Assembly: GCA_038211695.1 (NCBI GenBank)
Contig: JBBQVH010000012.1
Location: 22,479 to 86,478 of the forward strand
Direction of reading: 5' to 3'
DNA length: 64,000 nucleotides
Origin: Blastocatellia bacterium
Lineage (GTDB): Bacteria; Acidobacteriota; Blastocatellia; RBC074
Of the stretch, positions 19,001 through 29,942 are shown piece after piece; within the stretch, counting starts at the first letter, position 1; each line of letters opens with the position of its first letter. The notes beneath the pieces are model-generated. The model saw only the letters and a program-made list of their open reading frames with translations, did no database searches and was not told the DNA's origin. A program made the position numbers and the translations under genes.

Positions 19001-22000
19001 ATGAATAGAAAATCCGCGAATGCATTTTTATGTTTGTTATTGGCGGGAGCCTTCGCCTTGCTCGCCGCGCCGCGTGCGCTGGCACAGATCGGCGGGACGG
19101 GTTCGATTCAGGGAGTCGTGGCCGATGCGACGGGCGCGGTGATTCCCGGCGCGACTGTGATCGCGACCAGCCTGGCCACCGGCGTCAAGACCACACGCCA
19201 GACAACGGGGGCGGGCTTGTACGTGCTCGCGCCGCTGCCGCCGGGCGAATACAAAGTTTCAGTCTCAGCCTCGGGCTTTCGACAGCTTGAACAGGAAGGC
19301 GTAATTGTGGATGCGCTCGGCACGGTCGGTCTGAATCTGACTTTGCAGGCTGGGGCGGCGAGCGAAACGGTGACGGTGACATCGGCACCCGCGCAGTTGA
19401 ACACTTCCGACGCGCGGCTCGGCACCACGATCCGAAACGAGTTGTACACGAATTTGCCGCTGGCGATGGGCACCGCCGTCGCTGGCTCCGGCATTGGCCA
19501 AGGCCCCAGAAATCCTGGCGCTTTCATTTTCTTATTGCCCGGCGTCTCGGAAGGGAATCGCTGGGGAACCGTCAATGGCGCTCAAGGCTTTTCCAAGGAT
19601 GTGTTCATCGAAGGCGTCCCGATCACTGACCCGATTCAGCAAGGTGAGGGGCGCACGATCAGTCTCGGCGTTTCGGTCGAAGCCGTCGAGCAGTTCCAGG
19701 TGGAAACCAGCGGCACCGGGGTCGAGTTTAACGGACAAGGTTCGGAGAACTACACGATCAAATCCGGGACAAACAAATTTCACGGATCGGGGTTCGAGTA
19801 CCTGCGAAATACCGTGTTGGACGCCAGGGGCTTCTTCCCGGCCATTCGTCCGGTCGAACATCAAAACGAATTCGGTTTCACCGTCGGCGGCCCGGTCTTA
19901 AAGAACAAGCTTTTCTTCTTCTTTTCCTACGACGGGTGGCGTTATCGAGTGACCAGTCCCGCGCAGTTCGCGACCTTGCCGACGTTGAAAGAGAGGCTGG
20001 GAGATTTCAGCGAATTGCCGGTGGCGATTTACGACCCGCTGACGACGGTCGCGGTCACCGGCGGCTTTGCACGAACGGCATTCCCAGGCAACATCATTCC
20101 GGCCAACCGCCTTTCAGCGATCTCGAAAGCCTATCAATCTCTGCTGCCCACGCCGACCAACTCAGCACTCCAGAACAATTACCTGGGGTCGGTTCCCGTG
20201 TCGTATGACAATAATAGCTTCAACACAAAAGTAGACTATAACCTCACGGCGAATCATCGTCTGTCAGGCCTCTACACACACGGCAAGAGAAGTCAGCCCG
20301 GGCCATACCGAGAGACCAGTTCCGCTACGCCTCAGACTGCTCTCCCCCTGCCATACACTGAGACGCGGTTGGTGGCTGAAATCCCGACGGTGGTGCAGGC
20401 GAAGCACAACTGGACCATCAGTTCCAATCTGATCAACCAACTCAGCTTCGGCTTCAACCACTTCTTCGTACCCATCACAAACGCCACCTCGGACGGGAAG
20501 TGGTCAACCAAGTCCGGCCTCAAAGGTTTACCCGCGGGTGATGCCAGCGATGCTTTTCTGGAAGCGGCTTTCGCCGGTGCCAACGCTCCTTCGGGCTGGC
20601 GCGGCACGGGTTCCAGGGACTTCGAAGACAACAATTACAACTACACCCTGCAAGACAGCTTGTTGTGGGTGAAGAATAAGCATTCGTTCAAATTCGGCTT
20701 TCAATACCAACGGACGGCGGATCACACCAAAACCAACGACACCGGAAGCCTGCTGACGACCAGCTTCAGCAATTTACAGACTGCTGGCTTCAACGCCACG
20801 GGCGGACTGCTCAGCGCTACCGGTAACGCTTATGCCAGTTATTTGCTGGGCGCGCTGAATGGAGCGACCGTCAACGAGGATTCGATTGTCCTGACCATCT
20901 CACAGTTCAGCGGTTATTCTTGGTGGGCGGCTGACGACTACAAGGTGAATTCGCGCCTGACCGTCAATCTGGGTCTGCGCCACGACATCATGCTGCCTTA
21001 CACGGAAGCGGGCGATCACTTTACTTATCTTGATCCGCTCGCTCCGAACCCCGCGGCTGGCGGGCGTCCGGGAGCCTTGCGCTTCGGCGGTACTTCCGCG
21101 CCGGATGCCATTAGCTGTCATTGCGGCCAGATCATCAACACGTATTACAAAGCCTTTGGCCCACGCCTCGGATTCGCTTACAGCCTTAACGACAAGACGG
21201 TACTGCGCGGCGGTTACGGGATGATGTACTCGCGCAGTGGTGCGGTCGGAGGCCGGGACGGCGCGCGCATCGGCACGGGCTTGACCGGAATTAACGCCAA
21301 CGCGCCAATCGTCAGTCCGAACGGCTCATTCACCCCGGCTCTGTTCTGGGAAAGCGGCATCCCGGCTTATGCCAAAGGGCCGATCTATGACCAGACCTAT
21401 CAGACCGGCTTCAACGGGACTGGGTCGGGCGGCACCGTGACCTATGGCGATCCTTACAGCCAGCCGCCGCGCTATCAAAATTGGAACCTTTCGGTGCAAC
21501 GCTCGCTCACACAGTCGTTGGTTGTGACCGCGGCTTATGTGGGAAGCAATGGCAAACAACTGCGCGGAGGCGGTCGCAGCACGTGGTCAAATCAGATTGA
21601 TCCCAAGTTTTTGGTGTTGGGGAATCTGCTGACCCAAACTGCGACTCCGGCCAACATTACAGCAGCCGCAGCAATTGTGCCGGGCGTCAGCCTGCCGTTC
21701 CCCACTTTTGCTGGAACAATCGCTCAGGCTCTGCGCCCATTCCCGCAATACAATGGCGTCACCGATGTTTACGGCGATGTTGGGCAATCGAACTACAACG
21801 CGCTGCAGGCCTCCGTCCAGCACCGCCTTTCACACGGTTTCACCTTCAACCTGAACTACACGTTCAGCAAAGCGCTTGGCACCATCAACGGAAATCGCAG
21901 CGCGTATATTCAGGAGAAGAACCTTTCCACGACGGATCAGCCTCACCTGGTAAACGCGTTCTATTCGTACCAACTGCCGTTCGGAAAGGGTCAATCGCTC

Positions 22001-22492
22001 GACCCTGGAAACAAGGTTGCGCGGGCCTTCGTCGGTGGCTGGCAGATTTCCGGCATCACGCGGTTCGCCACGGGCACGCCGCTTGGGCCGTTCACTGCTA
22101 CCTGCAACGTACCTCAAGCTGGTACCTGCTGGGCCAGTAAAAATCCGGCCTTTACCGGATCGGCTGCGCTCAAAGGAGACGGAGGAACCACGCCCTTTAT
22201 TGACGTGAATGCCTTCATCTCGCCGGCTTCGTTCACCTACGGCAACACGCAGGCGACGGGGACTTACGGGCTGCGCAACCCGCACTTCTTCAATCAGGAT
22301 TTGAGCCTTTCCCGGAATTTTCAAATCCGCGAAAGTTTGCGGTTTGTGTTCGGGGCCGACGCGTTCAACCTCTTCAACAATGTTCGCTTCGGCAGCATCA
22401 ATACCAACATTACGAATGCTAACTTCGGCAAGGCTGCCGCCCAGGCCAATTTGCCGCGTGTCTTTCAGTTTAAGCTGAGAGTCGAATTCTGA
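19001..22492 (+). CDS. TonB-dependent receptor (CarboxypepD_reg + plug + barrel)
   Basis: GGAGG lies 6 nt upstream of the ATG at 19001; the track begins at an in-frame GTG at 18998. Signal peptide MNRKSANAFLCLLLAGAFALLAAPRALAQ. IQGVVADATGAVIPGATV is the regulatory domain. GNIIPANRL is present. The protein ends ...KLRVEF. Confidence 0.8.
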   Translation: MNRKSANAFLCLLLAGAFALLAAPRALAQIGGTGSIQGVVADATGAVIPGATVIATSLATGVKTTRQTTGAGLYVLAPLPPGEYKVSVSASGFRQLEQEGVIVDALGTVGLNLTLQAGAASETVTVTSAPAQLNTSDARLGTTIRNELYTNLPLAMGTAVAGSGIGQGPRNPGAFIFLLPGVSEGNRWGTVNGAQGFSKDVFIEGVPITDPIQQGEGRTISLGVSVEAVEQFQVETSGTGVEFNGQGSENYTIKSGTNKFHGSGFEYLRNTVLDARGFFPAIRPVEHQNEFGFTVGGPVLKNKLFFFFSYDGWRYRVTSPAQFATLPTLKERLGDFSELPVAIYDPLTTVAVTGGFARTAFPGNIIPANRLSAISKAYQSLLPTPTNSALQNNYLGSVPVSYDNNSFNTKVDYNLTANHRLSGLYTHGKRSQPGPYRETSSATPQTALPLPYTETRLVAEIPTVVQAKHNWTISSNLINQLSFGFNHFFVPITNATSDGKWSTKSGLKGLPAGDASDAFLEAAFAGANAPSGWRGTGSRDFEDNNYNYTLQDSLLWVKNKHSFKFGFQYQRTADHTKTNDTGSLLTTSFSNLQTAGFNATGGLLSATGNAYASYLLGALNGATVNEDSIVLTISQFSGYSWWAADDYKVNSRLTVNLGLRHDIMLPYTEAGDHFTYLDPLAPNPAAGGRPGALRFGGTSAPDAISCHCGQIINTYYKAFGPRLGFAYSLNDKTVLRGGYGMMYSRSGAVGGRDGARIGTGLTGINANAPIVSPNGSFTPALFWESGIPAYAKGPIYDQTYQTGFNGTGSGGTVTYGDPYSQPPRYQNWNLSVQRSLTQSLVVTAAYVGSNGKQLRGGGRSTWSNQIDPKFLVLGNLLTQTATPANITAAAAIVPGVSLPFPTFAGTIAQALRPFPQYNGVTDVYGDVGQSNYNALQASVQHRLSHGFTFNLNYTFSKALGTINGNRSAYIQEKNLSTTDQPHLVNAFYSYQLPFGKGQSLDPGNKVARAFVGGWQISGITRFATGTPLGPFTATCNVPQAGTCWASKNPAFTGSAALKGDGGTTPFIDVNAFISPASFTYGNTQATGTYGLRNPHFFNQDLSLSRNFQIRESLRFVFGADAFNLFNNVRFGSINTNITNANFGKAAAQANLPRVFQFKLRVEF

Positions 22493-22566
22493 TTCTCGAA
22501 CCTGCCAAGCGCGACCACGGCAACAAAGCTCTTTTGCTTCTCGTGGTCGCGCTATCTCAATACAAA

Positions 22567-24444
22567 ATGAAGCTCACTAAGTTTTACATCATCAGCCTGT
22601 GCATCGCCGCGCTATCGGTGGCTGATGCCTTTGCCCAACGGCAGATGGAAAACCTCGGGCGCGGCGTGGTTGCGGTGCGCCAGGCGGATGGAAAAGTCTT
22701 CGTCGGCTGGCGCTTGCTCGGTACTGATGCGGATGCGATTGCTTTCAATCTTTACCGTGCGACGGAAGGCGGCAAAGCGGTCAAGCTCAATGCCCAGCCG
22801 ATCACCGCCGCCACCAGCTTCGTGGACGACAAGGCTGACTTGACGAAAGCGAACGCCTATTTTGTCCGGCCCATGCTCAATCGCCGCGAACAAGCGGCAA
22901 GCTCGTCGTTTGCATTGGCGGCCAATATGCCTGCGCGACAGTACCTTTCGATTCCGCTGCAAACACCACAGGGCTACGCGCCCAACGATGCTTCGGTGGG
23001 CGACCTGGACGGCGACGGCGAATACGAAATAGTGCTGCACCAGGCCGGGCGAGGCCGCGACAATTCACAAGCCGGGTTGACCGACCCGCCGATCCTGCAA
23101 GCTTACAAACTCGATGGCCGTTTGTTGTGGACGATCAATCTGGGCAAAAACATCCGTGAAGGCGCGCACTACACGCAGTTCATGGTTTATGACTTGGACG
23201 GCGACGGTCGCGCTGAAATCGCCTGCAAAACGGCTGACGGCACAGTTGATGGCAAAGGAAAAGTGATCGGTGATGCGCAGGCCGATTGGATCAGCAAAGA
23301 ACCGGCGACACAGGGCAAGATTTTGACCGGCCCGGAGTATTTCACCATCTTCGACGGGCTGACGGGGGCGGCGCTCAGCACCGTGGATTACATCCCGCCG
23401 CGCGGCGACCTGGACAGATGGGGCGGTGTAGGGGGAAATGGCAAGAATGACCGTACCGGCAATCGCGCGGATCGTTTTCTGGCAGCCATTGCCTATCTTG
23501 ACGGCGTCAGGCCGAGTGTTGTGATGTGTCGTGGTTATTACGGCAGGACGGTGTTGGCCGCGTGGGATTGGCGCAATGGCAAACTTGCCAGCCGTTGGGT
23601 CTTCGATTCCGCCAAGCCGGAATGGTCGGCTTATTCGGGACAAGGCAATCACAACTTAAGCGTCGCCGACGTAGATGGCGACGGCAAGGACGAAATCATC
23701 TACGGCTCGATGTGCGTGGATGACGACGGCAAAGGGCTTTATTCAACGGGGCTGCGACACGGCGATGCGCTGCACGTCAGCGATCTCGACCCGGCGCGCC
23801 AGGGACTTGAAGTCTACGGCATTCATGAAATCGAAGAGGGCACCAAAGGCCCTGGCACGGCGCTCTATGATGCGCGCACGGGAAAAATTCTTTGGACGGG
23901 CGATCCCGACAAAGATGTAGGCCGCGGCGTGGCCGCTGATATTGACCCGCGCTATCCGGGCGCGGAGATGTGGGGTGGTTCGGAAGGGTTGAAGAATTGC
24001 AAAGGCGAACGCATCGGCGCGGCCCCGCGTGCGGTCAACTTCGTGGTTTGGTGGGACGGCGATCTGTTGCGCGAACTGCTGGATCGCAACGTGATTTCCA
24101 AATGGGATTGGCAGGCGGGCACGCTCAAACCGCTCCTCACAGCAGATGGTTGCCTGTCGAACAACGGAACCAAAGCCACGCCGGTCTTGAGCGCCGACAT
24201 CCTGGGCGATTGGCGCGAAGAAGTCATTTGGCGTACGACTGACAACAAGGAACTGCGGATTTACACGACGACCATCCCAACCGAACACCGGTTTTATACG
24301 TTGATGCACGACCCGCAATACCGTTTGAGCGTCGCCTGGCAAAACGTCGCCTACAACCAACCGCCGCATACTGGCTTTTTCATGGGCGAGGGAATGGCGA
24401 AACCGCCGCGCCCGAAGATCACGCTGGCACCGGCGAAGAAGTAA
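22567..24444 (+). CDS. Rhamnogalacturonan lyase, PL11-like (beta-propeller with Ca-binding DxDGDG blades)
   Basis: Signal peptide MKLTKFYIISLCIAALSVADAFAQ. An N-terminal FN3-like region (ENLGRGVVAV...FNLYRA) is followed by repeated VGDLDGDGEYEIV, VYDLDGDGRAEIA and VADVDGDGKDEII motifs, as in YesW-type PL11 lyases as I recall them. Confidence 0.6.
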   Translation: MKLTKFYIISLCIAALSVADAFAQRQMENLGRGVVAVRQADGKVFVGWRLLGTDADAIAFNLYRATEGGKAVKLNAQPITAATSFVDDKADLTKANAYFVRPMLNRREQAASSSFALAANMPARQYLSIPLQTPQGYAPNDASVGDLDGDGEYEIVLHQAGRGRDNSQAGLTDPPILQAYKLDGRLLWTINLGKNIREGAHYTQFMVYDLDGDGRAEIACKTADGTVDGKGKVIGDAQADWISKEPATQGKILTGPEYFTIFDGLTGAALSTVDYIPPRGDLDRWGGVGGNGKNDRTGNRADRFLAAIAYLDGVRPSVVMCRGYYGRTVLAAWDWRNGKLASRWVFDSAKPEWSAYSGQGNHNLSVADVDGDGKDEIIYGSMCVDDDGKGLYSTGLRHGDALHVSDLDPARQGLEVYGIHEIEEGTKGPGTALYDARTGKILWTGDPDKDVGRGVAADIDPRYPGAEMWGGSEGLKNCKGERIGAAPRAVNFVVWWDGDLLRELLDRNVISKWDWQAGTLKPLLTADGCLSNNGTKATPVLSADILGDWREEVIWRTTDNKELRIYTTTIPTEHRFYTLMHDPQYRLSVAWQNVAYNQPPHTGFFMGEGMAKPPRPKITLAPAKK

Positions 24445-24473
24445 TTGAAAAATCTTTGGGAGACGAGAAAGTC

Positions 24474-25694
24474 ATGATTTTTATTGCACGCTGTCTGATG
24501 CTGATATTGCTGCTTGCCGCGGCGGGCTTGGCGCAACAATCCGCGCCCGCCGTCGAAGCGCCGCTGGAATGGACGGAAGCCGAAACCGGCCACCGCGTCA
24601 TCCGTTTGTCGCGCGAACCGGGCACGGCAAGTTTGTATTTTCATCAGAACGCCTACACCGCGTCGGGTGACAAACTGGTCGTTACGTCGTCGCGTGGCAT
24701 TTCAACGATTGAACTCAAAACAGGCAAGATCGAATTGATCGTCGAAGGCCGCACGAGCAATCTGATTGTCGGGCGTAAAACGCGGCAGGTCTTTTACGTC
24801 AAAGACGGCGCGGTGATGGCTACGCACCTTGACACCAAAGCCACGCGTGAGATTATCCGGCGGCCCGAACTGCGCACGGGCGCGGGCCTGGCGGTCAACG
24901 CGGACGAGACGCTGCTGGGCGGCAGCTTTGTGGAAGGCGGCGCGCTGGGCAGTTTTCAAACGCCCGCCAGCGCCACGCCGGGACAGCGCCAGGACAGCTA
25001 TCCGGGCAAGGGCGAAATGATGGAGCGGCGATTGGCGGCCAAGCTGCCGATGGCGCTCTACACGATCAACATCAAAACCGGCGAGGTGAAGACCTTTCAT
25101 CACGCCACCGACTGGCTGAACCACGTCCAATTTTCGCCGACCGATCCGGGGTTGATGATGTTCTGCCACGAAGGGCCGTGGCACAAAGTGGATCGCATCT
25201 GGACGATTCGTACGGACGGCACAAATGCCGAGACGGGGCTGCGCAAGATTCACACGCGCACGATGGAGATGGAGATCGCCGGGCATGAATTCTTCAGCGC
25301 CGATGGCAAGACCGTCTGGTACGACTTGCAGACGCCGAAAGGCAAAGAGTTCTGGCTGGCCGGCGTCGTGCTCGCGACCGGCGAAAAGATCAGATACAAA
25401 GTTGCGCGCGAACATTGGTCGGTGCATTTCAACGTCTCGCCGGACGGCAAGCTTTTTGCTGGCGACGGCGGCGGCCCGCACAGTGTGGCCGCTCCCGGTA
25501 ATGGCCAGTGGATTTATCTGTTCACTCCGAAGAACGGCGAATTGCAGGCCGAAAAGCTGGTCAACCTGGCCAAACACGATTACTCGCTCGAACCCAACGT
25601 GACCTTCACGCCCGATCAGAAGTGGATCATCTTCCGCTCGAATATCCACGGGGCGACGCAGGTTTACGCGGTGGAAGTAACCAAAAGACAGTAA
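24474..25694 (+). CDS. ogl: Oligogalacturonide lyase (PL22, Ogl-like) with signal peptide
   Basis: About 406 aa. The stretch GHRVIRLSREPGTASLYFHQNAYTASGDKLVVTS matches the Ogl family N-terminus. HWSVHFNVSPDGKLFAGDGG and the C-terminal FTPDQKWIIFRSNIHGATQVYAVEV are conserved with the paralog at 52772. The start at MIFIARCL precedes a hydrophobic signal peptide; the track starts at a TTG at 24456. Confidence 0.7.
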   Translation: MIFIARCLMLILLLAAAGLAQQSAPAVEAPLEWTEAETGHRVIRLSREPGTASLYFHQNAYTASGDKLVVTSSRGISTIELKTGKIELIVEGRTSNLIVGRKTRQVFYVKDGAVMATHLDTKATREIIRRPELRTGAGLAVNADETLLGGSFVEGGALGSFQTPASATPGQRQDSYPGKGEMMERRLAAKLPMALYTINIKTGEVKTFHHATDWLNHVQFSPTDPGLMMFCHEGPWHKVDRIWTIRTDGTNAETGLRKIHTRTMEMEIAGHEFFSADGKTVWYDLQTPKGKEFWLAGVVLATGEKIRYKVAREHWSVHFNVSPDGKLFAGDGGGPHSVAAPGNGQWIYLFTPKNGELQAEKLVNLAKHDYSLEPNVTFTPDQKWIIFRSNIHGATQVYAVEVTKRQ

Positions 25695-25799
25695 GTAGTT
25701 TGTACCTTAGTCTGCGCATAGCCCATGGCACGGACTAAGGTACACGCCACTGAATGACGCGCGGTATTTGGCATTCGACAAAACAATCCGAGGTTTCCC

Positions 25800-28700
25800 A
25801 TGAAAAATTCGATTCGATTACTGGCAACTCTATTTATCGCGCTCGCTTGCTGCGCCGTCGCCCTGGCGCAGACCAATCGCGGCGGCATCAGCGGCACGGT
25901 CGCTGACAAGAACGGCGGGGTCATTCCCGGCGCGACCGTCACCATCACCAATATCGGCACCAACCAGTCGCAGAAGATTACAACTGCCAGCGATGGAGCT
26001 TACGTGGCGACTCTGCTTGATCCGGTGCTCTATCGCATTACGGTGGAAGCGCCCGGATTTAAGAGGGCTGTCATCAATAACGTCAAGGTGGATACGGCCT
26101 CAACGGCCACTGCCAACGTGGCGCTTGAACCCGGCGAAATTGCGAATGAAGTCAACGTGACGGCGGAAGCGCCATTGATTAACGTGGAGAGAGGCACAAC
26201 CAGCCAAACGATTACGGAGCGTCAGATTCAGGATGTTCCGCTCAATAATCGCAGCGTGCTTGATCTAGCGGTCACGATTCCCAACGTTTCCGGCGACGCA
26301 GGCAGCGAAGACCCGGAAGTTACTTCTGGCCAGCCTGTGCCTGGTTTCAACCTGAGCATCAACGGCGGGCGTCCTGGCAGTACTGCCATGCTGGCAGATG
26401 GCGTCAATAACACTGGCGTCGGCATTGGGCGCGCCATCGTCAGCTTTACGCCGGAGACCGTGCAGGAATTTACGGTTCAATCTTCGGCTTATTCGGCTGA
26501 ATACGGCACCACAGGTGGCGGCGTCATCAACATCACCACCAAGTCCGGCACCAATAGCTTCAATGGTGTGGCGCTCTGGTATCACCGTAACCCATTGACC
26601 AATTCACGGCCTTACCGGATTGGAACGGCTCCGCGTCCAGCCAACAATCTGCGCTACAACCAGTTTTCAGGCTCGGTGGGCGGGCCGGTTTGGCTGCCGA
26701 AGAAAATCTTTGGCCCGGTCAGTTACGATGGCCGCGACAAGACCTTCTTCTTCTTTGCCGTCGAACCGCGCTATCGCAAGGATTTCGTGACGGCGACAAA
26801 TCTGTTGCCGACTGCTGCTGAGCGCGCGGGCGACTTCAGCAATCTGGTGCGCACCACCAGCGGCTTTCTGCCTGCTGATATTGCGACTAAGTTCAATCAA
26901 ACCTCGACTGGGCCGGCGAATATCTTTCAACAATTTAGTCTCAACGGGGGCAAGCTCTCGCCGCTGGCGCAAACCTGCACGGTCAATGGCGTCACTTCGG
27001 CTCTCTTTTGCCAGTTCCCCAACAACGTGATTCCGCAGAATATGATTGATCCGACGGCGCTCAGGCTGATTAAGTTGATGCCGCAGCCGGGCGCATACTT
27101 CGATGATTCAGGCTTGGTCAGAAACTATATTCTGGAACGTTCTGTTCGGCAGGACGAGAAACGCTACACCATGCGGCTTGACCATAGTTTTAGCAGCAGA
27201 TTCAAAACCAACTTCCGCTACACCAAAACGCCAGCCGTTGGCATCCGCGGCGCAGGCAACGAGGTGAACGGCAACACTGGTGTTTACAGCGACGCCAAGC
27301 AATATCTGCTGACTTTCAACAACATCATCACGCCGACCATCGTCAACGATCTGCGGCTCAATTACACACGTGGAAACTTCAGCGAAGACTTCTCGCCTGA
27401 ATTCTCCATCAAGAATGGACGCAGCTTGTCTGAAGAATATGGCTTGCCGCATTTGACCAAAGGCGGACTGCCGCTCTTCTTCCTGACGCAGGATAATGGT
27501 TACGTCGGCGCTGACCTCGGCGCAGGCGGTTCGACCAATAACTTCAACGTCGAAGAACGCTTCAACATCAACGACGTTGTTTATTGGACACGCGGAAATA
27601 AGAGTTGGAAATTTGGTGTTGATCTCAATCACGCGCGATTGAACGTGACACCATTCTTTGCGGCTTCTGGCGGCAGATGGCAGTTCCGCACAGTCAATAC
27701 CAGCAACAATCGCGGAACGGGTTTGCCCAACGGCGGCAACGATCTGGCCAGCTTCCTGCTGGGAGTGCCGAACGCTGTGGATATTCGCCCGCTGCTGCTT
27801 GATTACAACTATCGTTGGAACAGCACAGCGGCCTTTGTCCAAAACGATTGGAAAGTTCGTCCGAACCTTTCGATCAACTTGGGGCTGCGTTACGCGCTCC
27901 AAACTCCGCGCACAGAGAAGCATAATTTGCAGGGAGCCTTCCGGCCTGATTTAGCGCAGTCAATCACGCTGACCGATTTGCAACGCCGCGCCATCGCCAC
28001 AGGTTTGACCATTGCCACGACTGCGCCGATTCCCGATTTTGTACCGACAACGGTCTCAATTCCGGCCTTCGCTTTTGCTGGGATGGGCGGACGTTCGAAG
28101 TACATCTCGCCGGTTGATTATCTGGGCTTTGAACCGCGTTTTGGTTTTGCCTGGAGTCCGAAGTTTAATTGGCTGGCGCAACGACATCTGGTGGTGCGTG
28201 GCGGTTACGGTATTTCGCACGCGCCGCTGACCGGTAACAATCGTTCACCGAACCCTGATTTCGGCGGCTTTACGACAGTCGGCACAACTCTGACTGGTTC
28301 GTCCGGCACGGCTGATCCGACGTTGCCTGTGCGTTTGTCATTCAATCAGCCTTTGCAAGGCACAGGTACGCCGCTCAACACATTGCTTGGCACAACGCCT
28401 GACGGTTTGGTTTACGGCAATGGCATAGGCATTCCTGGCGTCGCCGTTAATATTACTACCGGCAAAGTTCCTAATTCACAGAGTTGGAATCTGGCAATTC
28501 AATTTGAACCAATCAGGAACACCTCCGTCGAAGTGGCTTACGTCGGCAACAAAGGCACGCATCTTTACTTGCCGCTGGTCAACCTCAACCCGCGCAATCT
28601 GGACTTTGTCACTTACCTGGAAACGAACAACATCGCGGCAGAAACGGCTTTTGCTGACCCGCTTGGACGGAAGAATCTGCTGGGTGCGGTGGTCACGATT

Positions 28701-29864
28701 CAACGCAACAGCGTGACGGCTCCATACTTCGGTTTCAACGAACTCAACCGCTACTTTGATCCGTCGGCCAATAGCATTCGCCACGCTGCTTATGTTGACG
28801 TGCGCCACCGTGTGCGCAATGGGCTGACTTTCACTGCGAATTACACTTTTGGTAAGTCCATTGACGATGCTTCGGACGCGCAGCCTGATGTTCGTGTGCT
28901 GACGACGGGCACGACACGCGGACAGGTTTCTTATGGTGCGCCGCGCAAAGGCGACCGCGCTGTTTCAACCTTCGATCTCAAACATAACGCTGCTGGAACC
29001 TTCGTCTACGATCTGCCGTTCGGACGCGGACGCGCGCTGCTCAAAGACACGCCCGGTGTGGTCAATGCGGTGGTTGGCGGCTGGACTGTTTCTGGTGTGG
29101 TGCGTTATCAAGGCGGACAACCTTTCATTCCGTTCATCACGGACACCAACAAACTTGGAGGTACGAACCGTACAGTCAGACTTGATCTGGTATCTGGCGT
29201 GCCGTTGAAGAATCCATTGTATTCGTCCAGTTGTGTGCTTGGTGCCAATTGCGAACCCTTCATCAACCCGGCAGCCTTTATGCGTCCGATCAAAGGGCAA
29301 TTGGGCAGTGCGCCGCGCACGCTGGATGTTCGCGCACCAATGCAGGAATACTTCGACTTTTCAGTTCAGAAAAGCTTCCAGCTTCCGCATCTGGGAGAAA
29401 AGCGTCGGATTCAGTTCCGTGTGGATATGATTAACGCTTTCAACCACCCCAATTTCCGCTACAACAACACGGGTAATACACCGTTCGGCTTCGGCACTTT
29501 CCCGACTGAACTGACAACCGAAACCGAACCTTTCGGAACGGGAACTCGCGCCGCTGTGATTACTGCTGCGGAATACAACACCTGGGCGGCATTCAACGGC
29601 AAGACGGCTTCAACCGCTGAATTGGCTGCGATCCGCGCCAATGCCAACGCTGTCCGGTTGCCGTCGAACTCGCTGCCGGTGGATTTCTTCCACGTTCGGA
29701 TTCCGCAGGGTTTCGCTGGTCGCAATGCGAATTCCTTCGACATCACCACGCTGGAAGGCTTCAAGCTTTATCGCTTGCGGCAGACTTATGACCCGAACTT
29801 CGGGACGCTGTTTGCGGTCAACAATCCGCGTTACATTCAGTTCGGGATCAGAATCTTCTTTTAA
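25800..29864 (+). CDS. TonB-dependent receptor (CarboxypepD_reg + plug + barrel), largest copy (1354 aa)
   Basis: Signal peptide MKNSIRLLATLFIALACCAVALAQ. ISGTVADKNGGVIPGATVTITN is the regulatory domain. Plug motifs and NVIPQNMIDP are present. The terminus is ...QFGIRIFF. Confidence 0.8.
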   Translation: MKNSIRLLATLFIALACCAVALAQTNRGGISGTVADKNGGVIPGATVTITNIGTNQSQKITTASDGAYVATLLDPVLYRITVEAPGFKRAVINNVKVDTASTATANVALEPGEIANEVNVTAEAPLINVERGTTSQTITERQIQDVPLNNRSVLDLAVTIPNVSGDAGSEDPEVTSGQPVPGFNLSINGGRPGSTAMLADGVNNTGVGIGRAIVSFTPETVQEFTVQSSAYSAEYGTTGGGVINITTKSGTNSFNGVALWYHRNPLTNSRPYRIGTAPRPANNLRYNQFSGSVGGPVWLPKKIFGPVSYDGRDKTFFFFAVEPRYRKDFVTATNLLPTAAERAGDFSNLVRTTSGFLPADIATKFNQTSTGPANIFQQFSLNGGKLSPLAQTCTVNGVTSALFCQFPNNVIPQNMIDPTALRLIKLMPQPGAYFDDSGLVRNYILERSVRQDEKRYTMRLDHSFSSRFKTNFRYTKTPAVGIRGAGNEVNGNTGVYSDAKQYLLTFNNIITPTIVNDLRLNYTRGNFSEDFSPEFSIKNGRSLSEEYGLPHLTKGGLPLFFLTQDNGYVGADLGAGGSTNNFNVEERFNINDVVYWTRGNKSWKFGVDLNHARLNVTPFFAASGGRWQFRTVNTSNNRGTGLPNGGNDLASFLLGVPNAVDIRPLLLDYNYRWNSTAAFVQNDWKVRPNLSINLGLRYALQTPRTEKHNLQGAFRPDLAQSITLTDLQRRAIATGLTIATTAPIPDFVPTTVSIPAFAFAGMGGRSKYISPVDYLGFEPRFGFAWSPKFNWLAQRHLVVRGGYGISHAPLTGNNRSPNPDFGGFTTVGTTLTGSSGTADPTLPVRLSFNQPLQGTGTPLNTLLGTTPDGLVYGNGIGIPGVAVNITTGKVPNSQSWNLAIQFEPIRNTSVEVAYVGNKGTHLYLPLVNLNPRNLDFVTYLETNNIAAETAFADPLGRKNLLGAVVTIQRNSVTAPYFGFNELNRYFDPSANSIRHAAYVDVRHRVRNGLTFTANYTFGKSIDDASDAQPDVRVLTTGTTRGQVSYGAPRKGDRAVSTFDLKHNAAGTFVYDLPFGRGRALLKDTPGVVNAVVGGWTVSGVVRYQGGQPFIPFITDTNKLGGTNRTVRLDLVSGVPLKNPLYSSSCVLGANCEPFINPAAFMRPIKGQLGSAPRTLDVRAPMQEYFDFSVQKSFQLPHLGEKRRIQFRVDMINAFNHPNFRYNNTGNTPFGFGTFPTELTTETEPFGTGTRAAVITAAEYNTWAAFNGKTASTAELAAIRANANAVRLPSNSLPVDFFHVRIPQGFAGRNANSFDITTLEGFKLYRLRQTYDPNFGTLFAVNNPRYIQFGIRIFF

Positions 29865-29879
29865 CAGGGCTGCGTAAGG

Positions 29880-29942
29880 AACCGAAGCGCGACTGTCAGA
29901 GAGTCAGGCTGCTGGGACTTTTTACAGTCGCGTTTTTCGGTT
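29880..29942. terminator. Imperfect hairpin after the receptor gene
   Basis: 'aaccgaagcgcgactgt' then a loop then 'acagtcgcgtttttcggtt'. The arms have a bulge. A T-rich stretch follows. Confidence 0.35.
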
